Shown: in pieces, positions 55,613 to 64,000 of the stretch
Layout: each line of letters starts with the position of its first letter
Numbering within the stretch: the first letter of the stretch is position 1
Assembly (NCBI GenBank): GCA_041676625.1
Contig: JBAYRN010000011.1
Coordinates: forward strand, 2,564-66,563
Reading direction: 5' to 3'
From: Vulcanimicrobiota bacterium
GTDB taxonomy: Bacteria > Vulcanimicrobiota > Xenobia > Xenobiales > JADMJV01
Length of the DNA stretch: 64,000 nt
Translations under genes and position numbers: made by a program
Notes under the pieces: model-generated
What the model was told of the DNA's origin: nothing
Databases searched by the model: none
Seen by the model: only the letters and a program-made list of their open reading frames with translations

Positions 55613-56782
55613 CTATCTCTTAGCTTTGGAGCTTCTCTTGCTTTTCTTCGCCCCGGCCTTCTTTTTTCCGGCTTTTTTCTTTTTAGCAGCCTTTTTCGGC
55701 TTCTTGGAGGCCGCCTTCGGCTTGGTTTCATCGGTCACGAACTTCACTTCGGCCAATTTCAACAAACGCATGCGGATTTTGGCTATGAGCAAGCGATAGG
55801 CCAGCAGCTTGTAAGCATCTTCCTCGATCAGCTTGCGCTTCAAGTCCCTGGCTGAGGTTCGATTCTCCCGGGCCTGGTTGATGATCGCCTCATCCACTTC
55901 TTTGTTGCTCACCGAGAGTTCAAGAATAGCAGCCAGGCTGCGATAGAGTATCTCCAACCTGGCTTCCACCAGGCCGGTGAGGTTCAATTCCTCGCTGAAG
56001 TGCTCCATGGAGATCCCGCGACCGGCCAGCCATTGTTCCAGGGACTGCCCCTGCCGCTCCAGGGACAGGGTTTGGTTGCGCAGGGCCAGCCTGGCGTGGC
56101 CCTCCTGCAGTTGAGGCGGGACCACTCCCAGGTCGATCCCGGAGGCCAACCCGCTCACGATCTGGTTGACGATCTCTTCCTCTATCCGGGTCTTGCCCTG
56201 GCTTTCCAGGTTGCGGCGTATTCGTTCGCGCAGTTTGACCAGACTTTCGGCGTTGCAGTGCTCCCGGGCGAAGGCATCGTCCAGATGGGGCAGATCGTGA
56301 TCTTTGATCGGGGCCTGGGGGTCGAGATTGCGAGCTACTCCCTGGCGCCGACGTTCAAGGATCTCTTCGACTTGCTCATCACTGATTACCACGGCCGGCT
56401 TGACAAAGCTTTGCCCCTTGTACCCGTCGAGCTCGAGTAGCGGCATGACCTGAATGGTGGCCTCGAAAACCAGGTCGCCTCCTCGCTCGGACTGCTTGAG
56501 CTTCCACTCCGGCTTACCCAGGGGTTGGAGTTCTTCCCGGGAAACCGCTTCTCGATAAGCTGAGGGCACCAGCAAGTTGACCACCTGCTGTACCAGATGG
56601 GAGTCCCTGATGTGCTTCTCGGCGATCTTGAGAGGCACGTTGCCCTTGCGAAAGCCTTTGAGCTTGAGCCCTTTGCGCCGATCGTTGAAGGCCTGTTGGT
56701 AGGCCGCCTCCACCCGCTCGGCGGGCACGGTCACGGTCAGCACCCGTTCACCGGGGGAGGTTTTCTTCACTGAGACTTGCAC
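55613..56782 (-). CDS. tig: Trigger factor lacking the FKBP/PPIase domain, with a Lys-rich C-terminal tail
   Basis: MQVSVKKTSPGERVLTVTV...LKGFRKGNVPLKIAEKH matches the TF ribosome-binding domain (GFRxGxxP). The C-terminal arm domain is present. The ~95-aa PPIase segment is absent when aligned by eye to E. coli TF. GTG start. Confidence 0.8.
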   Translation of the reverse strand: MQVSVKKTSPGERVLTVTVPAERVEAAYQQAFNDRRKGLKLKGFRKGNVPLKIAEKHIRDSHLVQQVVNLLVPSAYREAVSREELQPLGKPEWKLKQSERGGDLVFEATIQVMPLLELDGYKGQSFVKPAVVISDEQVEEILERRRQGVARNLDPQAPIKDHDLPHLDDAFAREHCNAESLVKLRERIRRNLESQGKTRIEEEIVNQIVSGLASGIDLGVVPPQLQEGHARLALRNQTLSLERQGQSLEQWLAGRGISMEHFSEELNLTGLVEARLEILYRSLAAILELSVSNKEVDEAIINQARENRTSARDLKRKLIEEDAYKLLAYRLLIAKIRMRLLKLAEVKFVTDETKPKAASKKPKKAAKKKKAGKKKAGAKKSKRSSKAKR

Positions 56783-56908
56783 CCGGTGAATTTTATAGCT
56801 GGAACGAGAATTACCTGTGCGGGGAAGCGACGGCGAGGAACCAACTTCCCACTCCCGGCGTCTTACCTTACGAGGGATCCTGAGTCTAAGGGTAAACGCA
56901 TAGCGGTC

Positions 56909-57421
56909 GTGAGTCGCCAGGACTTCGATAGAATCTACGATGAGCAGGCTGATTACGTCTATAATTTGGCCTGCCGACTTACGAGGAGCCGCACTGATGC
57001 CGAAGACCTGTATCAGGAATCGTTCTTAAAAGTCTATCGTTTTCTGCCCAAGTTTCGGGGTGGGTCGGTGAGAAGCTGGTTGAGACGGATCGTGGTAACT
57101 ACCAACATATCCAGTCATCGGGGCTTGAAGAACAAGCCCTTACTGCCGTTGGATGAGAAACCGGGCTGGAAAGAATCGATCCCTGACGACAATGCCGGAC
57201 CTGAGAAGATCGCTGAGCAGACCGAAGCCACTTTCAGGTTGAAAGAAGCGCTCTCCGAGTTGACGGACGACGCCCGAACGGTGTTGGTCCTACGGGAGAT
57301 AGAAGGCTTGGATTACCAGGAGATCGCCGACGCCCTGGAGATCCCCAAGGGTACGGTGCGCTCCCGGCTGGCTCGCGCCCGAGAAGCACTGCGCCTGGTG
57401 TTGGACGGCCCCCATGGATAG
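56909..57421 (+). CDS. ECF-type RNA polymerase sigma factor
   Basis: Region 2 is DAEDLYQESFLKVY. Region 4 is VLVLREIEGLDYQEIADALEIPKGTVRSRLARAR. The GTG at 56909 is chosen because the track ORF start (56777) overlaps divergent tig. The start is uncertain. Confidence 0.75.
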   Translation: MSRQDFDRIYDEQADYVYNLACRLTRSRTDAEDLYQESFLKVYRFLPKFRGGSVRSWLRRIVVTTNISSHRGLKNKPLLPLDEKPGWKESIPDDNAGPEKIAEQTEATFRLKEALSELTDDARTVLVLREIEGLDYQEIADALEIPKGTVRSRLARAREALRLVLDGPHG

Positions 57422-58205
57422 GGAGCGACTGGAAGAGCTACTGACGGGGCTGCTGGATGACCAACTGTCATCTTCGGAGCGTGCCGAACTGGAGCAGGAG
57501 TTGCAGCAATCCGAGACGGCCCGGCATCTCCTGGAGTCTTACCGTGCCCGGAGTCAGGGGCTAAAGAGCTTACCGACCGAAAGCCTTTCTGAGCCAGAAA
57601 AAGCGGCCACAAAGAATCGTATTGTGTCGACACCCGCATCGGCCCGAAACGTCTCAAGCCTCTGGTGGATCCTGGGCTCGGTGGCGGCTTGCGCGGCATT
57701 TTTTTATTCCAGCTACCTGCTGGGCCCGACCAGTGGAGCCGAGACCTGGAAGCTGTATCTCAGCGACACGGGGATCGCCACCCGGCAACACTCTCATCCC
57801 CAGCAATTTGTTCTGAGTCCGGCGTCCGAGGAGATTCGAACGCTGGAATCTGAGACCCTCAACGGCCTTGTTACCCAGGGTTCGGCCACGGTTGTCCTGG
57901 AGTGCGACGGGGGGACTCACGAAGGGCAACAATTGATATTGCGGCTTTCCCTCGACTTCGACGGCGATCAACAGTTTGAGCTTGTCCAGCAGACCGACCC
58001 GTTTTTGATTGACAGCTTTCCGGGGCACGAAATCGTGGTTGGGCGCTTTCCCCCCATTCCGGCAGAGTTTCAGGGTCGACCTCTGCTAGGAGCGGTGAAA
58101 TTGGAGTTCCGAGGAGCTTCGCTGAGCGGGGATGGCCTGAACCTGCAGTTCCGCCCGGAACATTCGCACCTCACCCTTCCGGTGCGAGCTTCCGAGGTGC
58201 TATAA
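57414..58205 (+). CDS. Anti-sigma factor (single-pass membrane protein)
   Basis: N-terminal LLTGLLDDQLSSSERAELEQEL anti-sigma helix, TM WWILGSVAACAAFFYSSYLL, and an 8-nt overlap with the sigma gene. Confidence 0.6.
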   Translation: MDRERLEELLTGLLDDQLSSSERAELEQELQQSETARHLLESYRARSQGLKSLPTESLSEPEKAATKNRIVSTPASARNVSSLWWILGSVAACAAFFYSSYLLGPTSGAETWKLYLSDTGIATRQHSHPQQFVLSPASEEIRTLESETLNGLVTQGSATVVLECDGGTHEGQQLILRLSLDFDGDQQFELVQQTDPFLIDSFPGHEIVVGRFPPIPAEFQGRPLLGAVKLEFRGASLSGDGLNLQFRPEHSHLTLPVRASEVL

Positions 58206-58215
58206 CCGACCGATC

Positions 58216-59151
58216 CTAAGGGTGACTGAACAGCCGCGGTCCCGCCGACAGCGGCACGGCGGCCACAACCCCGCTCGGATTGACCTTTTTATGAGACTGG
58301 TAGTAATGGTTGCGGATGTGGTCCATGTGGCAGGTCTCCTTGACCCCGGGGGTGTTGTAGACGCGCTCGAGATGAGCGGACAGGTTCGGATACTGGCAGA
58401 TCATTCGCTTCGAGCACTTGAAATGGACGAAGTAAACAGGATCGAATCGCAAGGTGGTGGTGAAGAGGCAAATGTCGGCCTCGGTGAGTCTGTCTCCCAC
58501 CAAGAATTTTTGCCTTTCGAGTCGGCGCTCCCAGCTATCGAGGGCGGCAAAGAGGGTGTCCACGGCCTGCTCGTAGCTTGGCTGGCTGGTGGCAAAACCG
58601 GCTTTGTAGACTCCGTTGTTGATCGGCTCGTAGATGGCGTCGAGGGTCTGGTCGATCTCGTCTGTTAGTTCCGCCGGACAGAGATCGGGTGCTCCGGGCC
58701 GGTGCCAATCCCGCAGGCGGGTGGTAAAGCTCCGCAGGATCTCCCTGGACTCGTTGTTGATGATCGCGCTCTCTTTGATGTCCCACAGGATCGGTACGGT
58801 CACTCGCCCGGTGTAGTGCTCGTCGGCTTTCTTGTAGAGGTGGCGCAGTCGGTCGAAGTCGTAGAGGTGGTCCCTGGTGGAACCTTCGTGTTCGGGGTGA
58901 AAACGCCAGCCCCCGTCGTCGAGATACCAATCCACGTAGGAGACCGAGATCTGGTCGGTCAAACCCAGTAAGGAACGGGCGATCAGGGTTCGGTGGGCCC
59001 AGGGGCAGGCCCAGGATACGTAAAGATGGTAGCGGCCCGGTTCAAACTCCTCGAGGGTCTTGCGAAAGGTCGTGGGTGGGCGCTTGAACTTGCCCTCCTC
59101 GTCGTTCTTGTACCAGCCCTCTTTCCATTCTCCGTTGATGAATTCGCCCAT
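58216..59151 (-). CDS. Xi-class glutathione transferase / glutathionyl-hydroquinone reductase
   Basis: GRYHLYVSWACPWAHRTLI (CPWA motif). The length and remaining sequence fit the YqjG/ECM4 type. Confidence 0.8.
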   Translation of the reverse strand: MGEFINGEWKEGWYKNDEEGKFKRPPTTFRKTLEEFEPGRYHLYVSWACPWAHRTLIARSLLGLTDQISVSYVDWYLDDGGWRFHPEHEGSTRDHLYDFDRLRHLYKKADEHYTGRVTVPILWDIKESAIINNESREILRSFTTRLRDWHRPGAPDLCPAELTDEIDQTLDAIYEPINNGVYKAGFATSQPSYEQAVDTLFAALDSWERRLERQKFLVGDRLTEADICLFTTTLRFDPVYFVHFKCSKRMICQYPNLSAHLERVYNTPGVKETCHMDHIRNHYYQSHKKVNPSGVVAAVPLSAGPRLFSHP

Positions 59152-59209
59152 GATGTCTCCTTGCTGTTCCCAACAAGATGACTATACCGGAAAACATGAT
59201 TAGGGACCT

Positions 59210-60604
59210 CTAATCCTTCGACCACTGGTGGTAGGCGAATCCCCCCACCACCATGGCCAGCCCCAGCCCACCCAGGGCTGGATTTTTAAAAAGGAACTCA
59301 AGTGAAGGGCCGATGATGTGTTCGGCGAGGGGGCGAACGGTGACGTCGATCACTCTGTCTCCAGCTTGCTCCAGGGCCTGGATGCCGAGTCCGCTGCCCA
59401 GGGCGTACAGGCTGCCGGCAGCGCTGGCCGCCGCACCGGTGCCGTGAAAGGCGGCGGTGGCGAGCTTGCCCGCGCGGGCTGATTCCACCGCCTTCTTTCC
59501 AAAGGCGTAGGTGCTCAGCCCCAGACCGGCACCGGCTATCGCGGTGGTACCGTTGGAGAGCAGGCGCGAGGCCTCGGAAGCGCCCCAAGACCAGGCCGCG
59601 ACCCCGGCCCCCGCTCCCAGCGCTGACGCTCCTATCGTCAATCCCAGAGAATTGAGAGGCCCGATACCGTTTTCCCGGAGGTGTCCGGCGGCGTGTCTTG
59701 CCACGGCTCCACCGAAGGCCGAAAGGGCCAGGCCACCGACCTCTCCGGCGTGCCCGGTGAAGAGCCCCCGGGTGGCTTCCAGCCCCAGGCCGTGGCCTGC
59801 AAGTTCCAGCCCTCCCAGTCCAGCTGCGGCCGCCCCTGAAAGCATAGCGGCGGTGGCGTAGTCGTTGCCGCTGCCGGAAATCAGATTCTTCCCGGCATGA
59901 GTTGCCGCCACCGCGGCTCCCCCAACCAGCAGGCTTCCACCCGCCACGGCGGCGGCCGGAGATCCGGCTAGAAACTCCAGGGTGCCGGTAAACGCCCTGT
60001 CGAGCACCGGAAGGCCCAGGTCGCGGCCCACCAATTCGGCTCCCGCCAGTCCTGCAGCCACGGATCCCACGGCCGCTCCGGTGCCCAGGGCGGCGTGCGC
60101 GGGCTTGTTGCTGCCGTCCTGGCTCAGTTTCCCGAATTGGGAGACCGCGGCTTTCCCCGCCGCCCCGGCACCGGCCAGCAGAGCACCTCCCAGCAGGGCC
60201 TGGCCGTGGTCAAACACGACTCCCGTGAAAGCCCGGTCCAGGATCGGTAGGTCGAAGGCCATTCCCACCACCTGAGTTCCACCCAGCGCGGCGGCGGTAC
60301 CCAGAGCTATCTTGGCGGTGGCTTTGGCGTTGTTTTCTCCCACATCGTTGACCACCGCGTCGTGGACGGCGGCTGCCCCCAAAACTGCGACACCGGTACC
60401 GGCGGCCGGCACGATCCCGTAGCGGGCCACCCGGGCAAAGGTGTCGGACTGAAAAGCTCCCCCGGCGATCACGGCCGAGGCCGCTACCGAAGCGGCACCA
60501 GCTCCCACCTTATGGTCCCGGACCGAGCGTCCAATTTTAGAATTCTTGATTTTTTGATAGGGCGTCTCTTTGATCGGTCTTTGACGCGTCGAGGTGATCT
60601 GCAT
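59210..60604 (-). CDS. Gly/Ala-rich repeat protein (four ~90-aa repeats, glycine-zipper-like)
   Basis: 464 aa. Repeat anchors are VVGMAFDLPILDRAFTGVVFDHG, LVGRDLGLPVLDRAFTGTLEFLAG, LAGHGLGLEATRGLFTGHAGEVGG and ALGSGLGIQALEQAGDRVIDV. Polar K/R-rich N-terminus with no signal peptide. Confidence 0.55.
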   Translation of the reverse strand: MQITSTRQRPIKETPYQKIKNSKIGRSVRDHKVGAGAASVAASAVIAGGAFQSDTFARVARYGIVPAAGTGVAVLGAAAVHDAVVNDVGENNAKATAKIALGTAAALGGTQVVGMAFDLPILDRAFTGVVFDHGQALLGGALLAGAGAAGKAAVSQFGKLSQDGSNKPAHAALGTGAAVGSVAAGLAGAELVGRDLGLPVLDRAFTGTLEFLAGSPAAAVAGGSLLVGGAAVAATHAGKNLISGSGNDYATAAMLSGAAAAGLGGLELAGHGLGLEATRGLFTGHAGEVGGLALSAFGGAVARHAAGHLRENGIGPLNSLGLTIGASALGAGAGVAAWSWGASEASRLLSNGTTAIAGAGLGLSTYAFGKKAVESARAGKLATAAFHGTGAAASAAGSLYALGSGLGIQALEQAGDRVIDVTVRPLAEHIIGPSLEFLFKNPALGGLGLAMVVGGFAYHQWSKD

Positions 60605-60694
60605 AACACATTCCTGAGTCGAGTGATTTTTTTAATCCTCGCACGTTGGCGTCACGGGAATGTTAATCTGCAGTTAAATTTACCAATGAACGAT

Positions 60695-62104
60695 TCAGGT
60701 GCGTTCCCGGTCCAACCGGTCCCGGATCTCCGCCGGCAACGGGACTTCCACCGGGAACTCCTGAGCTGCCGCCCGTCGCCAGCCCCAGAAGGCCCGCTGA
60801 TAGTCGGCTTGAGCTTTGGCCAGGCCAAACCTGGCTCGGGAGCGAGCGGCCTGGGAATCCAGCAGTTCCACGGTGGTGGAGATGCCGTTTTCGTAGCGGA
60901 GCTGGGCCACCCGAAAGGCTTCGTCGGCCTGCTGCACGTTGGCCTGGGAGACCTCGATAGAGCGCCAGCGATCCTGAAGTTGCCGATAGGTCTCCGCGGT
61001 CTCGACCACCACATCCCGCTCTCGCTGCTCTAGATCGGCTTCCAGTTGCTTGACGACCTGCTCGGCCTGCAGGGCCCGATTCTTGGTCACACCCCCATCG
61101 AAGAGTGGGATGGAAAGAACCAGCGAGGTGGTATTTTGGGTACCGGGGCTGAGGCCGGTGGCGTTTCGATTGATGGTCTGATTCTGGAGAGACAGCATGG
61201 GCGACCCCTCGGATCGGGTCAGATCCACTCTGGCTTTGGCAGCCTCCACGGCCCAGCGCAGGGCTCGCAAATCCGGACGTCGTTCCAAGATTTCAGGCTG
61301 TTCGTCGCTCAGGGTGGTGGGTTCGGGGGATTCTAACTCCAGAGGGGTCAACCGCAGTTCCTGGTCCAAATTTACCCCCATAAACGATTTGAGGCGGGCC
61401 AGAGCGTTTTGTCGCTGGGTATTGGCCACGATGAGTTCATGCTCGGCCTGGCTGGCTGCAGCACCCGTGCTCAAGACGTCAAACTTCGCCACTACCCCCT
61501 GTTCGAAGAGCTGCTCGGTGACCTTGAGGTTGGCCCGCTGAGCTTCGAGATCATCGCTTGCGATCTTCAGGGCATCATCGGCCACCAGGGCCTGGATATA
61601 GAGCTCGGCGCCTCCCAGGATCACCTGGTGCAACTGATCCAGGTACTCTTCCTGGGCGCTCCGGCGACTGAGCTTGGAGGCCAACACACTAAATCTTAGT
61701 CTCCCGAAGGTATAGATGGGTTGCCGCAAAATGAGGGCGAAGCTGTAGTTGTCCGATGGCTGAATGACCTGGCCGCCGTTAAAGGAGACCTCCGGGGTCA
61801 CTCGCTGATACTGGGCTTGAAAATCAACCGTGGGGTTGGCTTGGGTGTAGGCCTCTTCCACTTCGTACTCCCGTTGCTGGATCACCGCGATCTGCCGATC
61901 CAGAGAGGGAGAGGTGGCCAGGGATAGCGCCAGGGCCTGGGAAAGGTCCAGATGCAAAACCTCTCCACTCACCGACAGCGCCGGGCGCTCCCGGGGGGGC
62001 GGCGCCAGTGCCTCAGGGTCCACCGGGTCGGCCTTTGTGAAGGCCGGCAGGCTGAGGAAAAGGGGTAGAACGATGAGGAAAGACTTCCATCTTCTTGTAA
62101 ACAC
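60695..62104 (-). CDS. TolC-family outer membrane efflux protein
   Basis: Signal peptide, then two tandem TolC repeats with coiled-coil/beta-barrel periodicity (..YTQANPTVDFQAQYQR.., ..NATGLSPGTQNTTSLVLSIPLFDGG..). Confidence 0.85.
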   Translation of the reverse strand: MFTRRWKSFLIVLPLFLSLPAFTKADPVDPEALAPPPRERPALSVSGEVLHLDLSQALALSLATSPSLDRQIAVIQQREYEVEEAYTQANPTVDFQAQYQRVTPEVSFNGGQVIQPSDNYSFALILRQPIYTFGRLRFSVLASKLSRRSAQEEYLDQLHQVILGGAELYIQALVADDALKIASDDLEAQRANLKVTEQLFEQGVVAKFDVLSTGAAASQAEHELIVANTQRQNALARLKSFMGVNLDQELRLTPLELESPEPTTLSDEQPEILERRPDLRALRWAVEAAKARVDLTRSEGSPMLSLQNQTINRNATGLSPGTQNTTSLVLSIPLFDGGVTKNRALQAEQVVKQLEADLEQRERDVVVETAETYRQLQDRWRSIEVSQANVQQADEAFRVAQLRYENGISTTVELLDSQAARSRARFGLAKAQADYQRAFWGWRRAAAQEFPVEVPLPAEIRDRLDRERT

Positions 62105-62106
62105 CC

Positions 62107-62151
62107 GTTTAATTAAACACCTGTTGACTTTCTTGTCAATAGTGTTATTCT
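62107..62151 (+). promoter_or_regulatory. Divergent promoter/operator region: palindrome GTTTAATTAAAC (62107-62118), inverted repeat TTGAC-n6-GTCAA (62124-62139), candidate -35 TTGACT and -10 TATTCT
   Basis: Read directly. The -10 ends 7 nt before the tetR ATG (62159), which implies a leaderless or near-leaderless transcript. The inverted repeat overlaps the -35. Confidence 0.35.
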
Positions 62152-62158
62152 AGCCCCT

Positions 62159-62740
62159 ATGACATCCCAAGAGCTGAAGAAATCGGAGCGAACCCGGTTG
62201 GCAATTCTGCATTCGGCTCGCGCGGCTTTCCTGCAGCGTGGATACGACCAGGTGGGGCTGCGGGAGATTGCAGCCGGAGCCGATGTGACAGCGGCTCTGG
62301 TCAATCGCTACTTCGGCTCCAAGCAGGGACTCCTCAAAGAGGTTTTGCGGGACGACAACGACTACTCCGAACTGTACGAGGGGGTGCAGGAGGAGATGGG
62401 TCTGAGGATGGCCCGGTTCTTGATCACCGGGTACTTGACTCGCAAGAGCGGGGAGTTGCTCGATTGCAATACCGATCGCCTCTTGATCTTCGTTCGATCG
62501 CTGGGCTGTGAAGAAGCTATGCCGATCCTCCGGGAGCACGTGGCCGAAAGGATCAGCGGGCCGCTTACCAAGGTCTTGCCGGGTGAGCACCGGGAAGCCA
62601 AGGCGTCGTTGTTGATCTCTCACTTCTTTGGCTTTCTGGTCGTTCACAAAGTGGTGGGAGCGGCTTGCGCGACCAGAGCGGATACCGAGGCGGTGGAGCG
62701 ACAGCTCGCCGCCAGTCTACAAACTATTATCGACTCGTAG
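62159..62740 (+). CDS. TetR/AcrR family transcriptional regulator
   Basis: N-terminal HTH: RTRLAILHSARAAFLQRGYDQVGLREIAAGADVTAALVNRYFGSKQGLL. Confidence 0.85.
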   Translation: MTSQELKKSERTRLAILHSARAAFLQRGYDQVGLREIAAGADVTAALVNRYFGSKQGLLKEVLRDDNDYSELYEGVQEEMGLRMARFLITGYLTRKSGELLDCNTDRLLIFVRSLGCEEAMPILREHVAERISGPLTKVLPGEHREAKASLLISHFFGFLVVHKVVGAACATRADTEAVERQLAASLQTIIDS

Positions 62741-62748
62741 GTGACACA

Positions 62749-64000
62749 ATGAAGCGAAGTTTTTTTCTTCTACCGACCTTGATTAGCGTGATTCTCGTGG
62801 GGATGAGCGGCTGTGGGGGCAATAAGCAAGGCCCCGGGGCTCCGCCTGCCCCGCCCCCACCCCTGGTCAAGGTCGCAACCGCCGAGATAAAGAGAGTAGA
62901 CTCCTCGCGCCATCTGGTGGCCGAACTCAAAGCCCCGGAAGCCGCCGACATCCGCTCCCGGGTGGAGGGCTACTTGCTGTCTCATAGCTTTCGGGAGGGC
63001 AGTCCGGTGGTGGCCGGCCAGGTGCTGTTTCAACTCGACCCCCGCCCCTACGAAGCCAGTCTGGCAGCAGCCCGGGCTCAGGTAGCCCAGGCCGAAGGGC
63101 GACTCCAGCAGTCCAACGCCACGCTGGTTCAGCGCCAAGCGTCGGAAGAGCGGGCGCGTCAGCAGGTGACGGTGCTTCAGGTGGACGCCGAATTGGAGGA
63201 AGCGCGGGCCAATCTCCGGGCTACCGAACGGGAAGTGGAGCGGTTTAAGCCGTTGGTCGAGAACGGGGCGGTGCCGCCCCAGCGCTACGACGAGGTGGTC
63301 GACCGGCACAAGGTGGCCCTCTCGCGTTATGAGAGCGTGCAGGCGCGGCTGCGCAACACCAAGGTGGGCGAGCGGGCCGACGTGAGGGAGAGCGGGGCCA
63401 ACGTGGAGGCGGCCCAGGCCGATGTTCGAGCCGCCCAGGCTTCCCTACAGGCAGCCCGGGCGCAACTTCAAGCCGCCCAGCTCAATCTGAATTACACCAC
63501 CATCCGGGCACCCTTCAGCGGGGTGATCGGAACCCTGGGCGTCGACGTGGGAAGTCTGATCATTCCCGGGCAGACCAGACTGGCTACTCTTTCCAAGAAC
63601 GACCCCATCTACGCGGATTTTCCGGTGGACGAAGCGGCCTACCTGAAACTGGCTTCAGGCCCCGGCTTTGACCAGGCTCCTTTTGAACTGGTGCTGGCCA
63701 ATGAGCAGGCTTATCCCCACAAAGGTCGCTTCGTGCTGGTGGACCGCAGCATCAATCAGCAGACGGGCACCATCACCGTCCGGGCCGCTTTCCCCAACCC
63801 CAATCATCTGTTGAAGCCGGGCGGATTCGGCCGGGTGAAGATGCAGACCGATACTCTCCAAAATGCAGTGGTTATACCTCAGAAGGCACTCACCAACTTT
63901 CAGTCTCTGGACGCGGTGTACGTGTTGAAGGATGACATGACCGTGGAGCAGAGGAGGGTGACGCTGGGTGAAAAGCTGGATGGCGAGGTGGTCGTATTGG
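62749..64000 (+). CDS. RND efflux periplasmic adaptor (AcrA/MexA-like lipoprotein), C-terminus beyond the window end
   Basis: My own translation: MKRSFFLLPTLISVILVGMSGCGG.. (lipobox), VEGYLLSHSFREGSPVVAGQVLFQLDPRPYEA, LNLNYTTIRAPFSGVIG, ITVRAAFPNPNHLLKPGGFGRV. The frame stays open to nt 64000, so it is not in the ORF track. Confidence 0.8.
   Translation, partial: MKRSFFLLPTLISVILVGMSGCGGNKQGPGAPPAPPPPLVKVATAEIKRVDSSRHLVAELKAPEAADIRSRVEGYLLSHSFREGSPVVAGQVLFQLDPRPYEASLAAARAQVAQAEGRLQQSNATLVQRQASEERARQQVTVLQVDAELEEARANLRATEREVERFKPLVENGAVPPQRYDEVVDRHKVALSRYESVQARLRNTKVGERADVRESGANVEAAQADVRAAQASLQAARAQLQAAQLNLNYTTIRAPFSGVIGTLGVDVGSLIIPGQTRLATLSKNDPIYADFPVDEAAYLKLASGPGFDQAPFELVLANEQAYPHKGRFVLVDRSINQQTGTITVRAAFPNPNHLLKPGGFGRVKMQTDTLQNAVVIPQKALTNFQSLDAVYVLKDDMTVEQRRVTLGEKLDGEVVVL

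Overview
Densely coding, visibly GC-rich bacterial chromosomal segment (roughly 55-62% G+C by eye, not computed), with about 60 protein genes. Reading both strands I found no rRNA, tRNA, CRISPR array, transposase or integrase. TolC, a two-partner-secretion exoprotein and MacAB/RND-type adaptors point to a diderm host; I cannot assign a phylum.

Housekeeping blocks:
- Bacillus-style hemA-hemX(ccsA-like)-hemC-hemD operon.
- yceD-rpmF-fabH-fabG-acpP.
- pyrG inside a long coupled minus-strand operon.
- A trigger-factor gene that lacks its PPIase domain.
- Acyl-CoA dehydrogenase, panE-like reductase, ECF sigma/anti-sigma pair and TetR-RND/TolC efflux genes.

The most interesting content is two diverged, translationally coupled cassettes, each encoding a PqqD/RRE-like protein, a PF14907-like nucleotidyltransferase and an HPr-kinase-like P-loop protein. 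This is the tailoring set of phospho-lasso peptides. One cassette (8.7-12.6 kb) is fused to a radical SAM/SPASM-like enzyme with a long C-terminal extension. The other (24.1-27.9 kb) is bracketed by two paralogous GT2 glycosyltransferases. Neither has a lasso cyclase, a leader protease or a convincing precursor gene.

Other accessory oddities:
- An orphan 1459-aa TpsA with a coupled GT25-like gene and no TpsB.
- A 782-aa anchored protein with two internal pilin-like modules.
- A paladin/PTP-like CX5R phosphatase coupled to an acidic protein.
- An orphan PilX-N-like 640-aa protein.
- Two Gly/Ala-rich glycine-zipper-like proteins.
- A response regulator with REC, HPt and degenerate GGDEF domains.

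All family assignments come from motif recognition in the translations. No database search was run.
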